A stretch of DNA of 64,000 nucleotides from Callorhinchus milii (lineage: Eukaryota). Below are positions 1 to 12,841 of the stretch, piece by piece. The notes under the pieces were generated by a model that made no database searches, was not told the DNA's origin, and was given only the letters and a program-made list of their open reading frames with translations. The stretch spans positions 28,150,001 to 28,214,000 of the forward strand of contig NW_024704742.1 of NCBI RefSeq assembly GCF_018977255.1. Direction: 5' to 3'. Positions within the stretch are counted from its first letter, which is position 1, and every line of letters begins with the position of its first letter. Position numbers and translations under genes: made by a program.

Positions 1-139
1 TGGTTGGTTTGCATTTTCTGTCTGAGCAAAATGATTGTTTTCCTCTTACCACGTCTGTTCCCCCACAATTCTCCTGTGATGTAAATGTTTTATGAGGCAA
101 CTTTCATTTCAGTCACTTCAGCTTTATCATGCAGGTAAT

Positions 140-2704
140 CATGCCCCTTCCATCAAGACCCACGACCCACCTGTTGTGGCATCGGTATTGCCCTCATTTC
201 CAGGTCCTCACTGGGTCTATCCTCTTACTCCTCTGGATCCTTCTCGTCATTTGAGCACCTCACTCTCTACCATTCCTCCAATCTCTCCTTAAAAATCCTC
301 CTCATCTATCGTCGCCCTCCCACAAACCCTCCTCCACTTTCCTCTCTTGATATCTCCACCCTCCTGTCTTCCCTCTGCGTCTGTTCTGAACTCCTCATCA
401 TCTTGAGCGACTTTAATCTCCACTTCACCCCTTCTTGCTCCACATCTGCTGACTTCTCCTCCCTCCTCTCACAACCTCTCCCTCCACATCAACTCCGCCA
501 CTCACATCCATGGCCACCCGCTAGACCCGGTGATCACCCGGAGCCTTATTGTCTCTGATGTCACCATCACTGGCAAAGATATTTCAGATCACTAGTTCAT
601 CTCCCTTATCTCCTCCACCCCCCTCCCTGCCACTCACCCCACGTGCATCTCCTTTTGCCCCTGGAGAAAAATCCCCCTCCATGCCCTTTCCGCTGCTCTG
701 AAAGCATCTGAACTCCTACCCCTCAGGCCCTCCTCCTGCAATGACCTACCCTCTTTGGGCACCTTTTTAAACAACTCCCTCTAGGCTATCCTCAACACGC
801 TTGCCCCAGTCATCTTCCGAGCTGCCTCTTATTCGCATAAATCCCGCTGGTACATCAGCCACCTCCGCTCCCTCAAATCTCAGGTGTTCCAAATTCATCT
901 GGTGCAAATCCAAGTTAACGGTTCACCGTCAGATCTCACAGGACTGCCCCAGATCTACTGCTCTGCCCTCACCTCAGCTAAGTCATCCTTCAATTCCAAA
1001 ATCATCTTGGAAGCTAAGGATAACCACCGACTCCTCTTTTCTACCACAAACCAACTCCTCCGTCCACCCTCCCATGCCTCTGCCATCTTCTCTTCCAACA
1101 CCAACTGTGAGGAGATGATGGACTTCCTCAATTTCAAAGTCGAGAGGATCCGCTCTGCCACCTCTAATCACCATCCCCCCACCTTCTGCTCCCCTTCCAG
1201 CACCCCCACTTATTCCTCCCTCCCTCCCCACTCTTGACCCTATCTCCCCCTCTTCACTCACCTCCATCATTTCCCATATAAAACCCACCTGCTCCCTTAA
1301 GCCCATCCCTATCCCTCTCTTCACCTCCCAGCTCCACCTCCTTGCCCCCCCCCCCCACCACTAACAGACCTTGTTAACCTTTCCCTGTCTACTGAAACCA
1401 TACCGATCCCCCTAAAGACAGCCATCATCACCCCTACCTTCAAAAAACCTTCCCTTGACCCATCTCTACTCTTCAACTACTACCCCGTTTCAACCCTTCC
1501 TTTTCTATCAAAGGTCATGGAACGAGTTGTTGCTTCCCAACTTCGCTCTTTCTTCTCTCCGAATTCCCTCCATGACCTCCTCCAATCTGGGTTTCATGCT
1601 GCTCACAGCATAGACACAGCCCTGGTCAAAGTGACAAATGACATTCTGTCTACCTGTGTCTCTGTTTCCTTGTCCTTCTCGACCTCTCGACCGCTTTCAA
1701 TAATGTTGACCACACTATTCTTCTCAACCGCTTCTCATCTCACCTCCACCTCAGTGGTTTTGTTCTTGCCTAGTTCTATTCCTCCCATTCCCACCATCTG
1801 CATTCCCTGGTAACCAACGGCTTCTCCTCTAGCCCCGCACTATCACATGTGATGTCCTTCAGGGCTCTGTCCTCGGTTCCCTTCTCTTCAATCCGTACGT
1901 GCTCCTGTTCGGTGATGTCATCCGCAGCCATGTGGTCAATTTCCACATGTATGCAGACGACACCTTACTCCATCTGGCCGCCTCCACCTTCGACTCCAGG
2001 ACCGTTAATGTCCTGGCTAATTGTCTGTCGGACATCAAGTCCTGGATGAGAGCCAACTTCCTCCAGTTCAATGTTGACAAAACAGAGTCCCTCCCATTGG
2101 GCTCCCAGCAGCGCCTCCTCACCTCAGCCGCTGACACTATCACCATTCATGGCTGCACTCTTCACCTCACCGAGCCAATCTGAAACCTTGGTGTCCTTTT
2201 CAACCCTCAGATATTCTTCAACCCCACATTTATGCCGTGATCCGTTCTGCCTTTCCACACCCCCGCAACATTGCCCGCCTCCACCACTGCCTCTCTGAAG
2301 GCCGCCAAGACCTTGATCCACGCTTTCATTAGGTCCCGGCTTGACTACACCAACTGCCTGCTCACTGGACTTCCCAACTCTTCCCTGCAGAAGCTGCAGA
2401 TTATTCAGAATTCTGCAGCTGGTGTCCTCTCCGGCACCAGGCTCCCAGAGCCTATCAACCTCCCGTTCTTGCCCGACTAAACTGGCTCCCCATTCCTCAG
2501 AGGATCAAGTACAAAACCCTCCTTCTTACCTTCAAGGCCTTCCATGGTCTTGCGCCCCCCTACCTCTCCAACCTCATAACCCCACATAAGCCTGTCCGCT
2601 CCCTCCGCTTGGTAGACACTAGCCTGCTTCAGGTCGCTCGCACTTCCTGCCCCACCATTGGTGGTTGGGCATTCAGCATCTCTGCCCACACACTCTGGAA
2701 TTCT
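140..2704 (+). mobile_element. L2-clade LINE, long degraded ORF2 (APE endonuclease + RT), many stops/frameshifts
   Basis: Translated pieces show APE motifs (SSFEHL, LSDFNLH, GHPLD, ISDH) followed by RT motifs (QSGFHAAHSIDTALVKVTNDIL, QGSVLG, HMYADDT, NFLQFNVDKTE, SRLDYTNCLL); C/T-rich strand typical of L2. Confidence 0.95.
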
Positions 2705-2818
2705 ATTATAATAATAATAATAATCCTTGCATTTGATATAGCGTTTTTCACGTCTTCTAGACGTCTCAAAGCGTTTCACAGAATGGAAAGTGAATTGACC
2801 GTATATTTGTGGGCAAAA
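2705..2818 (-). mobile_element. 3' fragment of tRNA-derived SINE inserted into the L2
   Basis: Reverse complement reads ...gtgaaacgctttgagacgtctagaagacgtgaaaaacgctatatcaaatgcaagg(att)n, matching the tails of the full SINEs at 12268, 29756 and 36863. Confidence 0.9.
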
Positions 2819-2834
2819 TTAATTAACTAACTAA

Positions 2835-3040
2835 CCACTTACCCTCCACCCCAACCCCTCTCTTGCCTCCTTCAAGTTCTGTCCTAAGACCTCTCTCGTC
2901 AACCGTGCCTTCGGCCACCCTCCAACCCCCACCACCACCTGCCCTCCTCCCCTTCTGACCTCAACTCCTAGCTTGGGTCCAGCACCCTGGGACATCTCTC
3001 TGATGTGAAGGGTGCTATACAAGTGTAATTTGTTGTTGTT
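2835..3040 (+). mobile_element. L2 3' end (continuation of the 140-2704 copy)
   Basis: ccttcaag...aagacc...cgtgccttcgg followed by terminal gggacatc...tgtgaagggtgctatacaagtgtaat(ttg)n. Confidence 0.85.
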
Positions 3041-3049
3041 TATAGTATA

Positions 3050-3275
3050 ATGCCATGTCTGTCTCACTTCTTTCACACACTTCTTTCCCACCTCTATTAT
3101 TCTAATGCCCTCCTCGCCAGTCTCCCCAGCTCCATTATCCATCAAATCCAGCTAATTCAAAACTCTGTCATCCATATACTCACATGCACTAAACTCGGTA
3201 ACCCATCACCCCAATCCTTACCAGGCTCCATTGGTTCCCTATAACAGAATGATTCACTTCAAGATGCTCACACTC
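3050..3275 (+). mobile_element. L2 RT C-terminal fragment
   Basis: Translates to LYYSNALLASLPSSIIHQIQLIQNS...ILT. Confidence 0.8.
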
Positions 3276-3455
3276 ATCATCATCATTATTATTATTATTA
3301 ATCATACATCCACCTGAGTCCCATTCATTTTCCTATCAAAACCACTTGAATCTCTTTGCACTGGTCATATTAATAATTTTCTAACTCATAACACTGCGCC
3401 CCTCATAACACTGCACTCATACACTTACCGGCTGCAATGAATCGCAGGAAACATA

Positions 3456-3547
3456 GTCTTGACCCATCGACGCATGCACGGAATACCTTCATTTCCCGTG
3501 ATTCATTGCCATTCAATGTACCTGCCCATGTGGCAATGGGTCAAGAC
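3456..3547. repeat. 92-nt imperfect palindrome (MITE-like or RNA hairpin)
   Basis: gtcttgacccat / atgggtcaagac form a perfect 12-bp inverted pair that extends to about 30 bp with mismatches. Confidence 0.7.
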
Positions 3548-4804
3548 CCATTGGATTGTGTGACACGTACTTTTGACTCATCACTGCATACCAGCTGCAT
3601 TGAGTTACGCATGTGCAGAGTACATTATTGTTTAAATCAGATTTTGTACAACTTATACCAGTTTGCCTGGAACTTGGACTTTGTGTAAGTCATATTAAAT
3701 GTTGTGGTCCTCACTGACACTACTCATGTGAGTTTTACTGTATTTTAATATTTTTAGCTATTCAGGTACAACTTGAATTATACATGATTGTATACAATAA
3801 TAATATCATATGACAATGATAAAATAATATGATACATATAGAATAATAATCAAATAGTAGTAATATAACCGAATACAATGACTGCATTATGTATAAAACT
3901 AAATCATTTTGTCAACTGGCACTTACAGGTTGTGGTACTTTGGGAGGTAGTATTTGTCAAATTGCTATGAGGGGATGTTTTTCATTTTGAAACTGAAAGG
4001 CAGCCTGAGACAGTTGCATTTGATTCTTGTGACTGGTACCAAGGACCAGTATTTCCTATTCTGCTTGATGCTAGCCAGACAACAATGAAGCATCACTTTA
4101 TTGTCGGGTTTGTCCTCTGGATGATAGAATGGATATAAGTTTCCAGTAACAAAAAGGAGACTGGTGAATTACAATACTTACATATAGCAACGTTCATTCA
4201 GGAGGGCATCTCCTCAAAGGAAGGAACAGTACCTTTCATCATGTCAGGAAGATGTCTCAAAGGAGGATATTTCTCCCATCTAGTTCGGTTCGGCACTTGA
4301 ATTTTGTGTGTGGGGGCGGAGGTGGGGGGAAGGGTGTGTGGAGAAGGAGTGTGTGCAAAAGTGCAATTGAAGAAAAAGTCTGAAAAGGCTTTAAAGTGGG
4401 GAGTGGAGGGGCAATCTTTGAGAAGTGAAATCACAAAGTATTTTCAGTATATTTTGCACTGGAAAACATTCTTTACCTTTCCCAGTATTATACTCCTCTA
4501 GATATTTTCTTTTACATTTCTTCCATCCCAAAACATGAGGAGGTTTGGGAAGAAATGTGGCTGCTGTGTGTGGGGTGAGAATTGTGGACTGTCCAGTGTT
4601 AATACACTGTTTGAAATATCTGTACAGTCAATGTCTTATAAGACTTGATGTTTCATTTCTCTTCCCCAACCCCATGAACCACCAACTCTGTCACAAAGTT
4701 TGGCCATAGTTGGTTGGCACCATAGCACATATTGGACTTGCCTTGCAGATCGTGGCATTGGACTACTAGTTAACCGCATTAACTCAATAAAAAAAGTATT
4801 TCGA

Positions 4805-4950
4805 GTGAAGTTGTTATCCTGCGTATAATTTTGAAATATAAATTCAGTCTAAATTTGAAAACTGGCTCTTTTTAAGAACTGCAGAAAACTGGCTTCCAAA
4901 TAGAGACTTTTCTAAAAATCTGCACATGATAGATCTTGAAGTTAAAGACC
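4805..4950. mobile_element. Degenerate palindromic MITE-like element related to 48950-49113
   Basis: Shares gaactgcagaaaac and ataaattcagt segments with 48950-49113; weak internal dyad symmetry. Confidence 0.5.
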
Positions 4951-7159
4951 ATGAACTTCAGGATAAGATGGTGATAAATGTTGGTTGCTAAAAGCCAAAT
5001 ATTTATTTTATTATTGCGCTGAAGTGTATAGTTCTTTTATAATGTAGAAATAATAATCCTTCTAATTGATTAGAGTTTATTTCATGTTAAGAGAACATCA
5101 CATAGCTCTTCACTAAATTTACTGTGAAATGCAGTGAGAATGTATTTGTAGGCAAATGTATCTGAATTTTGGATTCTCCTGCAATTGACGTTGAACCACT
5201 GCTGTATGCAGATACTAAAGTTGTAGGTTGGTCTCAAGTGCAGTGCAACAGATGCACTGGTAGATGTCTGAAACAAGCCCACACTACAAGTATGAATGAA
5301 TTTACACTAGATTTATTCAGGAAATAGCATTCCCGTGTTCCTATGCTTTATTTCAGTGAAATCCCTGTTAAATCTTTCCCGTTCCAGCTGCGTGTTTGAT
5401 AGATGATTAGTGTTCAATGAATAAACTGTTGGCTGCAAATGTATCATCACTTGCCAAGGTTTCATGTTAAAATATTACCTTAAGAGTCTTCTGTTCTGCA
5501 ATTTCTTATACATCTTTGATTAGATGTTACGTGCACACTTTCTATTACATACCTTTTGGAATTAATGGAAATACATGCATACATTGTCTGCCCAAAGTCT
5601 GTGCAAAGTGTCTTTAATTTCAGCAATGAAACTTGCAACATAGACAGGAGAGAGAAGAAAAATCATTTAGAGGAAATATCTGTGAGACCATAAATGGCTC
5701 CAAGGAGGGGCTCTCGAAAGGGAGTGTTTCGAAAAATGATTGTTAAAAAGATAATAATAAATGTAAAGTGACAGGGTCACATTCAGCAATGATCACTCCC
5801 ATTCTCGCTAGTCGCTCCATGCTTAGTGAGGAAATTTACAGCTTCAACCTGTGCGGTTCGCTGGAATCAATTCAATGGGTGTAGCTGGGGGATGGTTTGG
5901 CATGTCTACTCACTTTCTATTCACGTCACAGAAAAATTCATGTGTCTGGTATTCAGTTAAGTGGAATTGATTCTGGTACTTAATACAAAAAACTGTTTTT
6001 TCCATGCCCTTTTCTCTTGGCTTATAATGGTGCAGTAAGTGCGAAGAAACAAAAAAAGCATCTTATCTTTAAATGTTTTTAACTGTTGAGCCTTTGTATG
6101 TGACAGCCGTGGTTTCTACTCATTTAAAATATTCTACCTTTACAATCATCTCCAAAGGACTTTGGTACATCATCATGCCCTCATAAGATTAATTCTTCTG
6201 TTGCCTCTTCACTGATTGATTGCCTTGCTTATTGTTTGAAATGCCATCACAAGTTTTTACACCGAAGCTCCCCTTGTTTGATTCTTTTAAAATTCAAGGT
6301 GCCCTTTAATATAAACAGTTTACTTTCTTACATAATGAATACTCTATCTTCTTCATCCACTCACAAATTCAATGTGCATGTTTCCATCCATTTGATATAT
6401 TGTATATTAGTACTTTCACTGGCACCCATCTCTTCCCCGGAGAACAAAGACTCTGGTATACTCTGAGTCTTGTAAAAAAATAGTTTGACTTGAATTTCAA
6501 ATAAAGCTCTTATTTAGCACCAGCAGCATTTAGTTCCCCCCCACCCCACCACCACCACCCAGCCTGCTTTAAATCAAACACTTTGGGCTTTATGCTGAGC
6601 ACTTTAACTTTATCAAAGCTTAAATCCTGAGAAATTAGTAATATACAGATTACACAGATCAATACTGCAGGGTCTTCTGAAGAGATTGATTTTACTTGCA
6701 CGGGAATTTCACCTCATTTATCAAAAGTGGCCTCCCCATATTCCTGGAAACTAGAAGGAATGTAACACTTAGATTAATCTGATCTTTAAAAGGACCGCAG
6801 GGATCCTTCCTGTCTTGAATCTGCTTGAAAATGCCAGAATTTTTTTTTTTCCGTTTCATATAAGAGGACAGATTTGCCTCCCATGGCATTGTAATTTTTA
6901 TTATGATTTGGTTTCTTCTGTCCCACAAAAAGACAGCGGCATTCATAATATAGATTGTTTCCGAAATGCGATGGAAAAGCACAGTGCAACAATGATATCG
7001 AATGCGTTCTAGGAATCGATGAGGTGAAGTTATGTAACCCTGGTGTAGCAGTATTGTAGCAACATTTCAAGATTGAAGGCTTCATTGCTATAGGCAGTAA
7101 AGGCTTCAAGATCCATTTATAGCAGCATCCATGGAAGGGAAATGGGATTGCTCTTGCAG

Positions 7160-7259
7160 GGGAGGGAAGTTGAAACCCTTTCATGGCAAAAGCATCATCG
7201 GATTGGGACATGCAAAACGCAGGTGAAGATGTTGTTCAGCAACTGAGTCTAGAGCGTTT
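7160..7259 (+). other. Candidate exon containing a start codon (ATG 7183; MAKASSDWDMQNAGEDVVQQLSLER..., phase-2 donor)
   Basis: ttgctcttgcag acceptor, in-frame TGA upstream of ATGG, open to TTT/gtaagt donor; the other two frames are closed; lies in repeat-free sequence; protein not recognised. Confidence 0.3.
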
Positions 7260-8123
7260 GTAAGTACATACGTAGGATGATGAGCTTTGGTGCTCAGGAA
7301 CTTTGTCACTGGTCTATTCATAGCCCACTGCTTGCTGAAAGTAAGACATTGTGCACCCAGTCACCAAATGGAGCTTGTGCTGAAAGGCAGCATAGTTTGC
7401 TCGCAGCTCACGCTTATTGCAATTGGCAAACCGGGTGTGAAAAAAATAATTAAAGAGTATTTAAAAGGGGCGTCATCTTCATGAAACATCTTGGGCAAAC
7501 CTGCTCTCCTTTGTTTGCGCAACACATTACACAGTGATGCAAGTCAAAACACAAGATGTAAAACTAGGTCACTTGCGGGTGAAATCATTGTGCTGGAAAA
7601 GATGTCCTAGCTCTTCTTTCTTCAGCGATAAATGTTTGGCAAGCACTTTACCATCAGGATCAAAGTTGTGATGTGTTATTTCAGGCCGGTGGTGCTAAAT
7701 AATACCATTACATTCAGCGACCTTATGATAATTAACATGCTGAATAGTCTCCTATTGTGCTGAAAATGGACTCCCCGACACACACTGTGCAATGATACGC
7801 CACTCTGTGGTCATTCTGAAAAGCTCACTGTGCATCAAACTTTTGGGTAATGGGAATTAGATAAACTGGAGTCCCATTTGCCACTAACTGGCAATGCACT
7901 CCAGTGATTGGAGAGACAGAGATCCAACACAAGTTGCAGCGAGATTCTCAGAGCAACCATTGAGATGTGTGTTGGGATGGGGAAATGGGGCGCAAAGGTG
8001 CTCCACTCTAGCACATCCAGGGACCAGTCAGTGTGCTATCATATTGTTACCAAATTCGACATTGTGTCTGAGATCCATCAATGCTATTAGCAGATATTAG
8101 AAGGGTTACCCGAGATATGATAA

Positions 8124-8262
8124 GGCCACCTGAACAGGAAGACATGACCTCGGCTAATGTTTCATTTGAAGGCACCCATTGGAGTGTCAGCCAATTTGAG
8201 TGTAAAGTCCCGGTGTGGGGCTTGAATTCATGGCTCACTGACTCAGAGCTGAGAGTGCTACA
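8124..8262 (-). mobile_element. DeuSINE-like fragment (head + part of Deu domain)
   Basis: Reverse complement has tagcactctcagctctgagtcag head and ggtgccttcaaatgaaacattagccgaggtc...cctgttcaggtgg. Confidence 0.7.
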
Positions 8263-9249
8263 CACCTTGCACGTTGTTTCAGTTGCCTTCACTGCTCCAG
8301 GAAATGTAACCATTTGAGATGCTTTCTGCTATCTGACTTATACCGTTGAGACTTTATGTACTTTGCGATTATATTTTGCAGTGCTAATTGTGCTGTGGGG
8401 AAATCATTTTTAAAGAGAGATTTCTGTTGAGGATGTTACTATATTTGAAGTTCATTTGGTTTGATGGCACAAATTTGCTTGCATTAAGAGAGTTCATAAT
8501 TCCTGGTGGCAATCAAGATCCCAAAACGTAGAAAATGTGAGGTCTGAGCCACGACTGCTTACAATTATTTGGGAGCAGCGAAATTGGATTTGTTTGAAAA
8601 GTTACCAAATGTAACTCCATTATTCATGATCTATTTACTTATTTATTGGAGGGAAATTTTGCTTGAAAGCAAAATGCAGAAAATATTGATACCCACTAAA
8701 ACTTGGTGGAGAAATACACACCATTTCATAACGAGTTCTTTGTGGCATGGAAAAAGTAATGATAAAACTCCCAAGTGTTTGAAGAAAGGAGATAATAGAG
8801 ACAGTAGCGATTTACACTGATGCCTGTTAGGGTGTTAGCGTGTAAAGTACAAACCTGCATATTGATGGAGGCTTCAAGCACCGGGTGCCTGAAGATTTCT
8901 GCCCTTAATTCATGCTCCTGATCATGGAGGTTGGCATTTATACAGCTTGCAGTAGCCATAGCCGAACGGAGGCAATAATAATATGATTTTAAAAATCATC
9001 CTTGCATTTGGTATAGCACTATCCAAAATCGACTGCTGCTTTCTCCTATAAATACAATCATCACACTTTATAATATATCCGGTGAAGCCCTTTGGGTCAT
9101 CCTCCTGATGTGAAAGACCCAGTAGCAAATGCAAGGATTATTATTGTAGTGCCTTTCATATTGGGAAAGAGTCATCTTAAAAGACCCAAGACAGCACAGA
9201 CACAATGGGTTGAATGACTGCCTGCTCTACTGCAAAATCTATATCAACC

Positions 9250-9550
9250 TGTTTGCTGCCTCCACTCAGCAGGCTCTGGCCTGCTCTATGTCCCCCACCT
9301 GGCCTGCCCCACCATTGGTAGGTGGGCTTTCAGCCTCTCTGCCCCCATGTTATAGAACTCCATCTCACATTCCCTTCGCCTCGTTCCCTCCCTTGCCTCC
9401 TTCAAGGCACGCCACCCTCCTACCCCTACCCTCTGAGCCCTCCAACCCTCCTGATCCCAAATCCTTGCTCAGGTCCAAATCCCTGATTGTCCAGCACCTT
9501 GGGTTGTCATTCCGACATGAAAGGTGCTAAACAAATGTAATTTGTTGTTT
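9250..9550 (+). mobile_element. L2 3' end fragment
   Basis: ccccaccattggtaggtgggctttcagc...cagcaccttggg...gaaaggtgct...aatgtaattt(gtt)n. Confidence 0.8.
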
Positions 9551-9585
9551 GTTTTGTATTTCTTGTTGTGGTTCGTGGGAGTGGT

Positions 9586-10084
9586 TTAAAGCACTTCACA
9601 GGTTATACTGTAAGTGCATTGACTGCATTTTCTAGGTGAATGCCGAAGCTAACTTACGCACAACGATGTCCCACAAACAACCATGAAATGACGACCAATT
9701 TCATTGTTGGCCAGTACACTAGGAAAATAAACTCCTTTCTCATTTTGTATTGAGCCGTGGGATCCTTAACATCCAACTATTAAGGCAGATGGGATCTTGG
9801 TTTAATATCTCATCTGAAGGACGGCACCTCCAGTAATGCAGCAACCTCAAACAGTGCAACTGTATGTCAACAACAACAAAATTATATTTGTATAGCAGCT
9901 ATCTCATTGGGAGGACATCCCAAGGCACTGGACAATCAATGTTTCAGACCCGAGCTGGGGGTCAGGATCACGGAAGGTGGAGGGCAGTGGGGGAAGGAGG
10001 ATGATTGAAGGCATGGACCGAAAAAGGACATTGGTCTTGCAGGACCTTCTAACTCATACGCAAGAGTGCTACCAACTGAGCCAG
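9586..10084 (-). mobile_element. DeuSINE-like element interrupted by an L2 tail
   Basis: Head ctggctcagttggtagcactcttg at about 10060-10084; Deu-domain ggtgccgtccttcagatgagatattaaaccaagatcccatctgcc at about 9780-9830; shared 3' body. Confidence 0.8.
9870..10039 (-). mobile_element. L2 3' tail nested in DeuSINE
   Basis: (caa)n...gtatagc...gggaggacatcccaaggcactggac is the reverse of the L2 terminus. Confidence 0.75.
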
Positions 10085-10226
10085 TCTACATGTATACATA
10101 CAGTAGTTCAGAATTGTCATCTCTTATTCCCAGTTATGTATTGTCATCATTAATTAACTGCTAAAACGTTATCACCTTTGTTTGCTCCACCACATAAGCT
10201 ATAAATCTTTCATTAAATTTGTAAGA

Positions 10227-10303
10227 CATGATTGAATGGCGGGGCAGGCTCGAAAGGCCGAATGACCTACTCCTGCTCCTACATGTTATGTTATGTTATG
10301 TTA
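10227..10303 (+). mobile_element. CR1 LINE (or CR1-tailed SINE) 3' terminus
   Basis: catgattgaatggcggggcaggctcgaaggccgaatgacctactcctgctcctac(atgtt)4; near-identical to the reverse of 59987-60055. Confidence 0.9.
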
Positions 10304-11394
10304 AGACAAACTTGTAGAGCACTCGTCTTTAAGTGACGCATGAAATCAGAAACAACTTGAGTAAATGGTGAGAGTTTTATTTTGGAAGCTGCAACTCACC
10401 AGTCAAAAAAATCAAGCCACAGGAGAGCTGAGAATGAAGGTTAAGACGGTAAAGTTCACCCCCTTCCAGGCCAGGTTTAAACAGAAGCGAAGGGGTGAAA
10501 AATACTTATCGTGCTCACCTGCAAGATGCACAGTTAGTATACTTTATAGTATATCCTGTGAAGCGCTTTGAGATGTGAATACATCAAATGCATGTACATC
10601 AAATACATGCTCCAAATACATCAAATACATGCTCCAAAGCAAGAATGCTACCATTAAGCCAAGATGACAACTGAAGAGTTAGGAGTTAGGAGGGGGAGGG
10701 GAGAGAGAGAGAGGTTTTACAGTTGCCAGTCATTTGTCTTTAATTAGCAACTACTCTCAGTGTAACAGTTATCACCAGTGATTATTAACAGATCACATGT
10801 TGCAATTTTCAGTGGTTCAAAAATTTAGACAAATGCATATAGAAGTGTGCAATGTGGCTCAAATGTTGTCATTAATATTCAAGATCACACAAAATTCTGA
10901 TAAAAGTTTAGCTTTAATTTGCAAAAAAAAATGTATGAACAGTGAAAAACTAGCATCCAAAATACAAGTGAATAGATTTTTCCCCCGCAGTACAGGTGGA
11001 ATTTCAGAGCTGTGGCTTCTATTTTTGCCTCCCCTTCTGTGAAAACAGACCTTGAAAGAAATCCAAGAGCAGTGAGTGTATATAAAATTAAAAAATGACA
11101 TCAAACATGAGAAGCTTTCACTTGCAAATGGTTGTGTACAAAATACACAGTTGCTGAACTCCACAATAAATCCTTTGAAGCGCTTTCAGACGTTAAGACA
11201 ACATGATAAGGTGCTGCTTTTAATGCAAGGATTATTATTGCAAAGTTGAAATACTGCACACATAAATCAAAACAGTAATGTTCTTTTGAGAAACTCTTGG
11301 CCATGATCCTTGTAACCTGAAAGCTTACATAAAGCAATGGGGATTCATTAAATAAGTCCTTCCTGCCAACTGAAAGAAAAACTTGAGAAAACTA

Positions 11395-11745
11395 TGCTGA
11401 AATTCTGGAATAGACAAGTATTCTGTAAGCATAATCAAATTGTCCAGTGTCTAAAAGAGAAAGGTCAATGTTTTGTGTTTGACCTTTCAATCACAACTAG
11501 GCTGATCAGATGCTGATAGAACTCCTGTGGGTTTTCAGTATTTTCTCTTTTTTATTTTCCATTTCCAGCATTTCTTTTCATCATTTCTTTGTAATTTGCC
11601 CACAGTCTTTTTATCTCATTGACCCTTCAGCAGAACTGGATTCACATAAGCTACCTTTGATAGACGGTCAGACCTAATAGCTACTTTTTTTTCTTTCACA
11701 TGCCAATTGGTGTGCTGTTGCATGTTCCTTGTGTTTTCAGCTTTA
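11395..11745. mobile_element. Decayed Penelope-type terminal-repeat remnants with fossil hammerhead motifs
   Basis: cagatgctga...ttttcagtattttctcttttt...tttccagca segment plus minus-strand agttgtgattgaaaggtca (11463-11498) and agttctgctgaagggtca (11620-11637); family recognised from memory. Confidence 0.55.
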
Positions 11746-11847
11746 ACCTCTGCTAATTAAAGTATAGTTACTACACTACATTACACTTAACAGTAAATCC
11801 TGTGAAGTGCTTTGCGACATCCTCCTCACAAGAAAGGTGCAATATTA

Positions 11848-12244
11848 TTATAATAATGATAATCATTGCATTTCGTATAATTGAGTATGACAGAATTTTA
11901 CTGTGAAATGTAGTGACTGTATTTATAAGCCACTGCAGCAGCACACAGCTGTGTCCCAAGACCAGCTGTGAATTGAGTGACCAATTTTATTTGGAGGATA
12001 ATTGTCCAGGACACTGGGAAAAACTCCCTTCTCTTTTCGAACAGTGCCATGGAATCTTTAACATCCACTTGAACAGGCAGACAGGACCTCGGTTTAACAT
12101 CTCATTTGAAAGACAACACCTCTAACAAAGTAACACACCCCCAGCACTACGTTGGAGTGTCAGTATTAGACTGTGATTCCAAGTCCCGACATGGTGCTTG
12201 AACACACAACCTTCTGACTCAGAGGCAAGAATGCTACCAAGCTA
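11848..12244 (-). mobile_element. DeuSINE-like element, near full length
   Basis: Head ttggtagcattcttgcctctgagtcagaaggttgtgtgttcaag, Deu domain gagatgttaaaccgaggtcc...gattccatggcactgttcgaa...tgtcctggacaa, shared 3' body and tail. Confidence 0.85.
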
Positions 12245-12267
12245 ATACACCTACAAGTGGATTTCAC

Positions 12268-12583
12268 ATAATAATAATAATCTTTGCATTTGATATAGCG
12301 CTTTTTACGTCGGGAGGACGTCCCAAAGCGCTTCACAGAACACACTGTAAAGTGAATTGACTGTATATTTGTGGCGAACGCGGCAGCCAATTGCGCACAG
12401 CAATGTCCTACAGACGGTCGTAGAATGAAAATGACCAATTTATTATTGTTTTGGGTTTTTGGAGGGATTATTATAAGACGTGTGGAGTAAGGAAACTTGC
12501 CCACGGTTTCGTCCTGCCTGGAATTGAACTCAGGTCTCTCACTTGCAAAGCAAGTGCTCTAACCACTGAGTTACAGGACTCCA
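12268..12583 (-). mobile_element. tRNA(Ala)-derived SINE with L2-type tail, full length
   Basis: tggagtcctgtaactcagtggttagagc (A box), gagttcaattcc (B box), body, aagcgctttgggacgtc...gcgctatatcaaatgcaaag(att)n. Confidence 0.92.
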
Positions 12584-12841
12584 CTCCACCCCACATGTTG
12601 CCACGCTTAGCAAATCCTCAAGGGTGCCGCTCCTATGTTAGTACGTTTTAATGGTGCGTGAAAAGAGGGATGAGCTAATCTTCACTGAATGCGCAAGTGA
12701 GTTGATTGTCGAAAAGTGCCATACGGCAGCAATCACCAGTGCGGGATTTTGTCCAAATTAACCAGATTTATTTCCAAACAAACAGCTATATTTTAAACAG
12801 GCTTACAATAGAAATTAATTGGGACCTGCTGTTTTGTCTGA

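Noticed and set aside
10595..10638. 22-bp tandem duplication (similar small duplications at 31072-31118 and about 46000-46035)
   Set aside because: Ordinary slippage-type duplications
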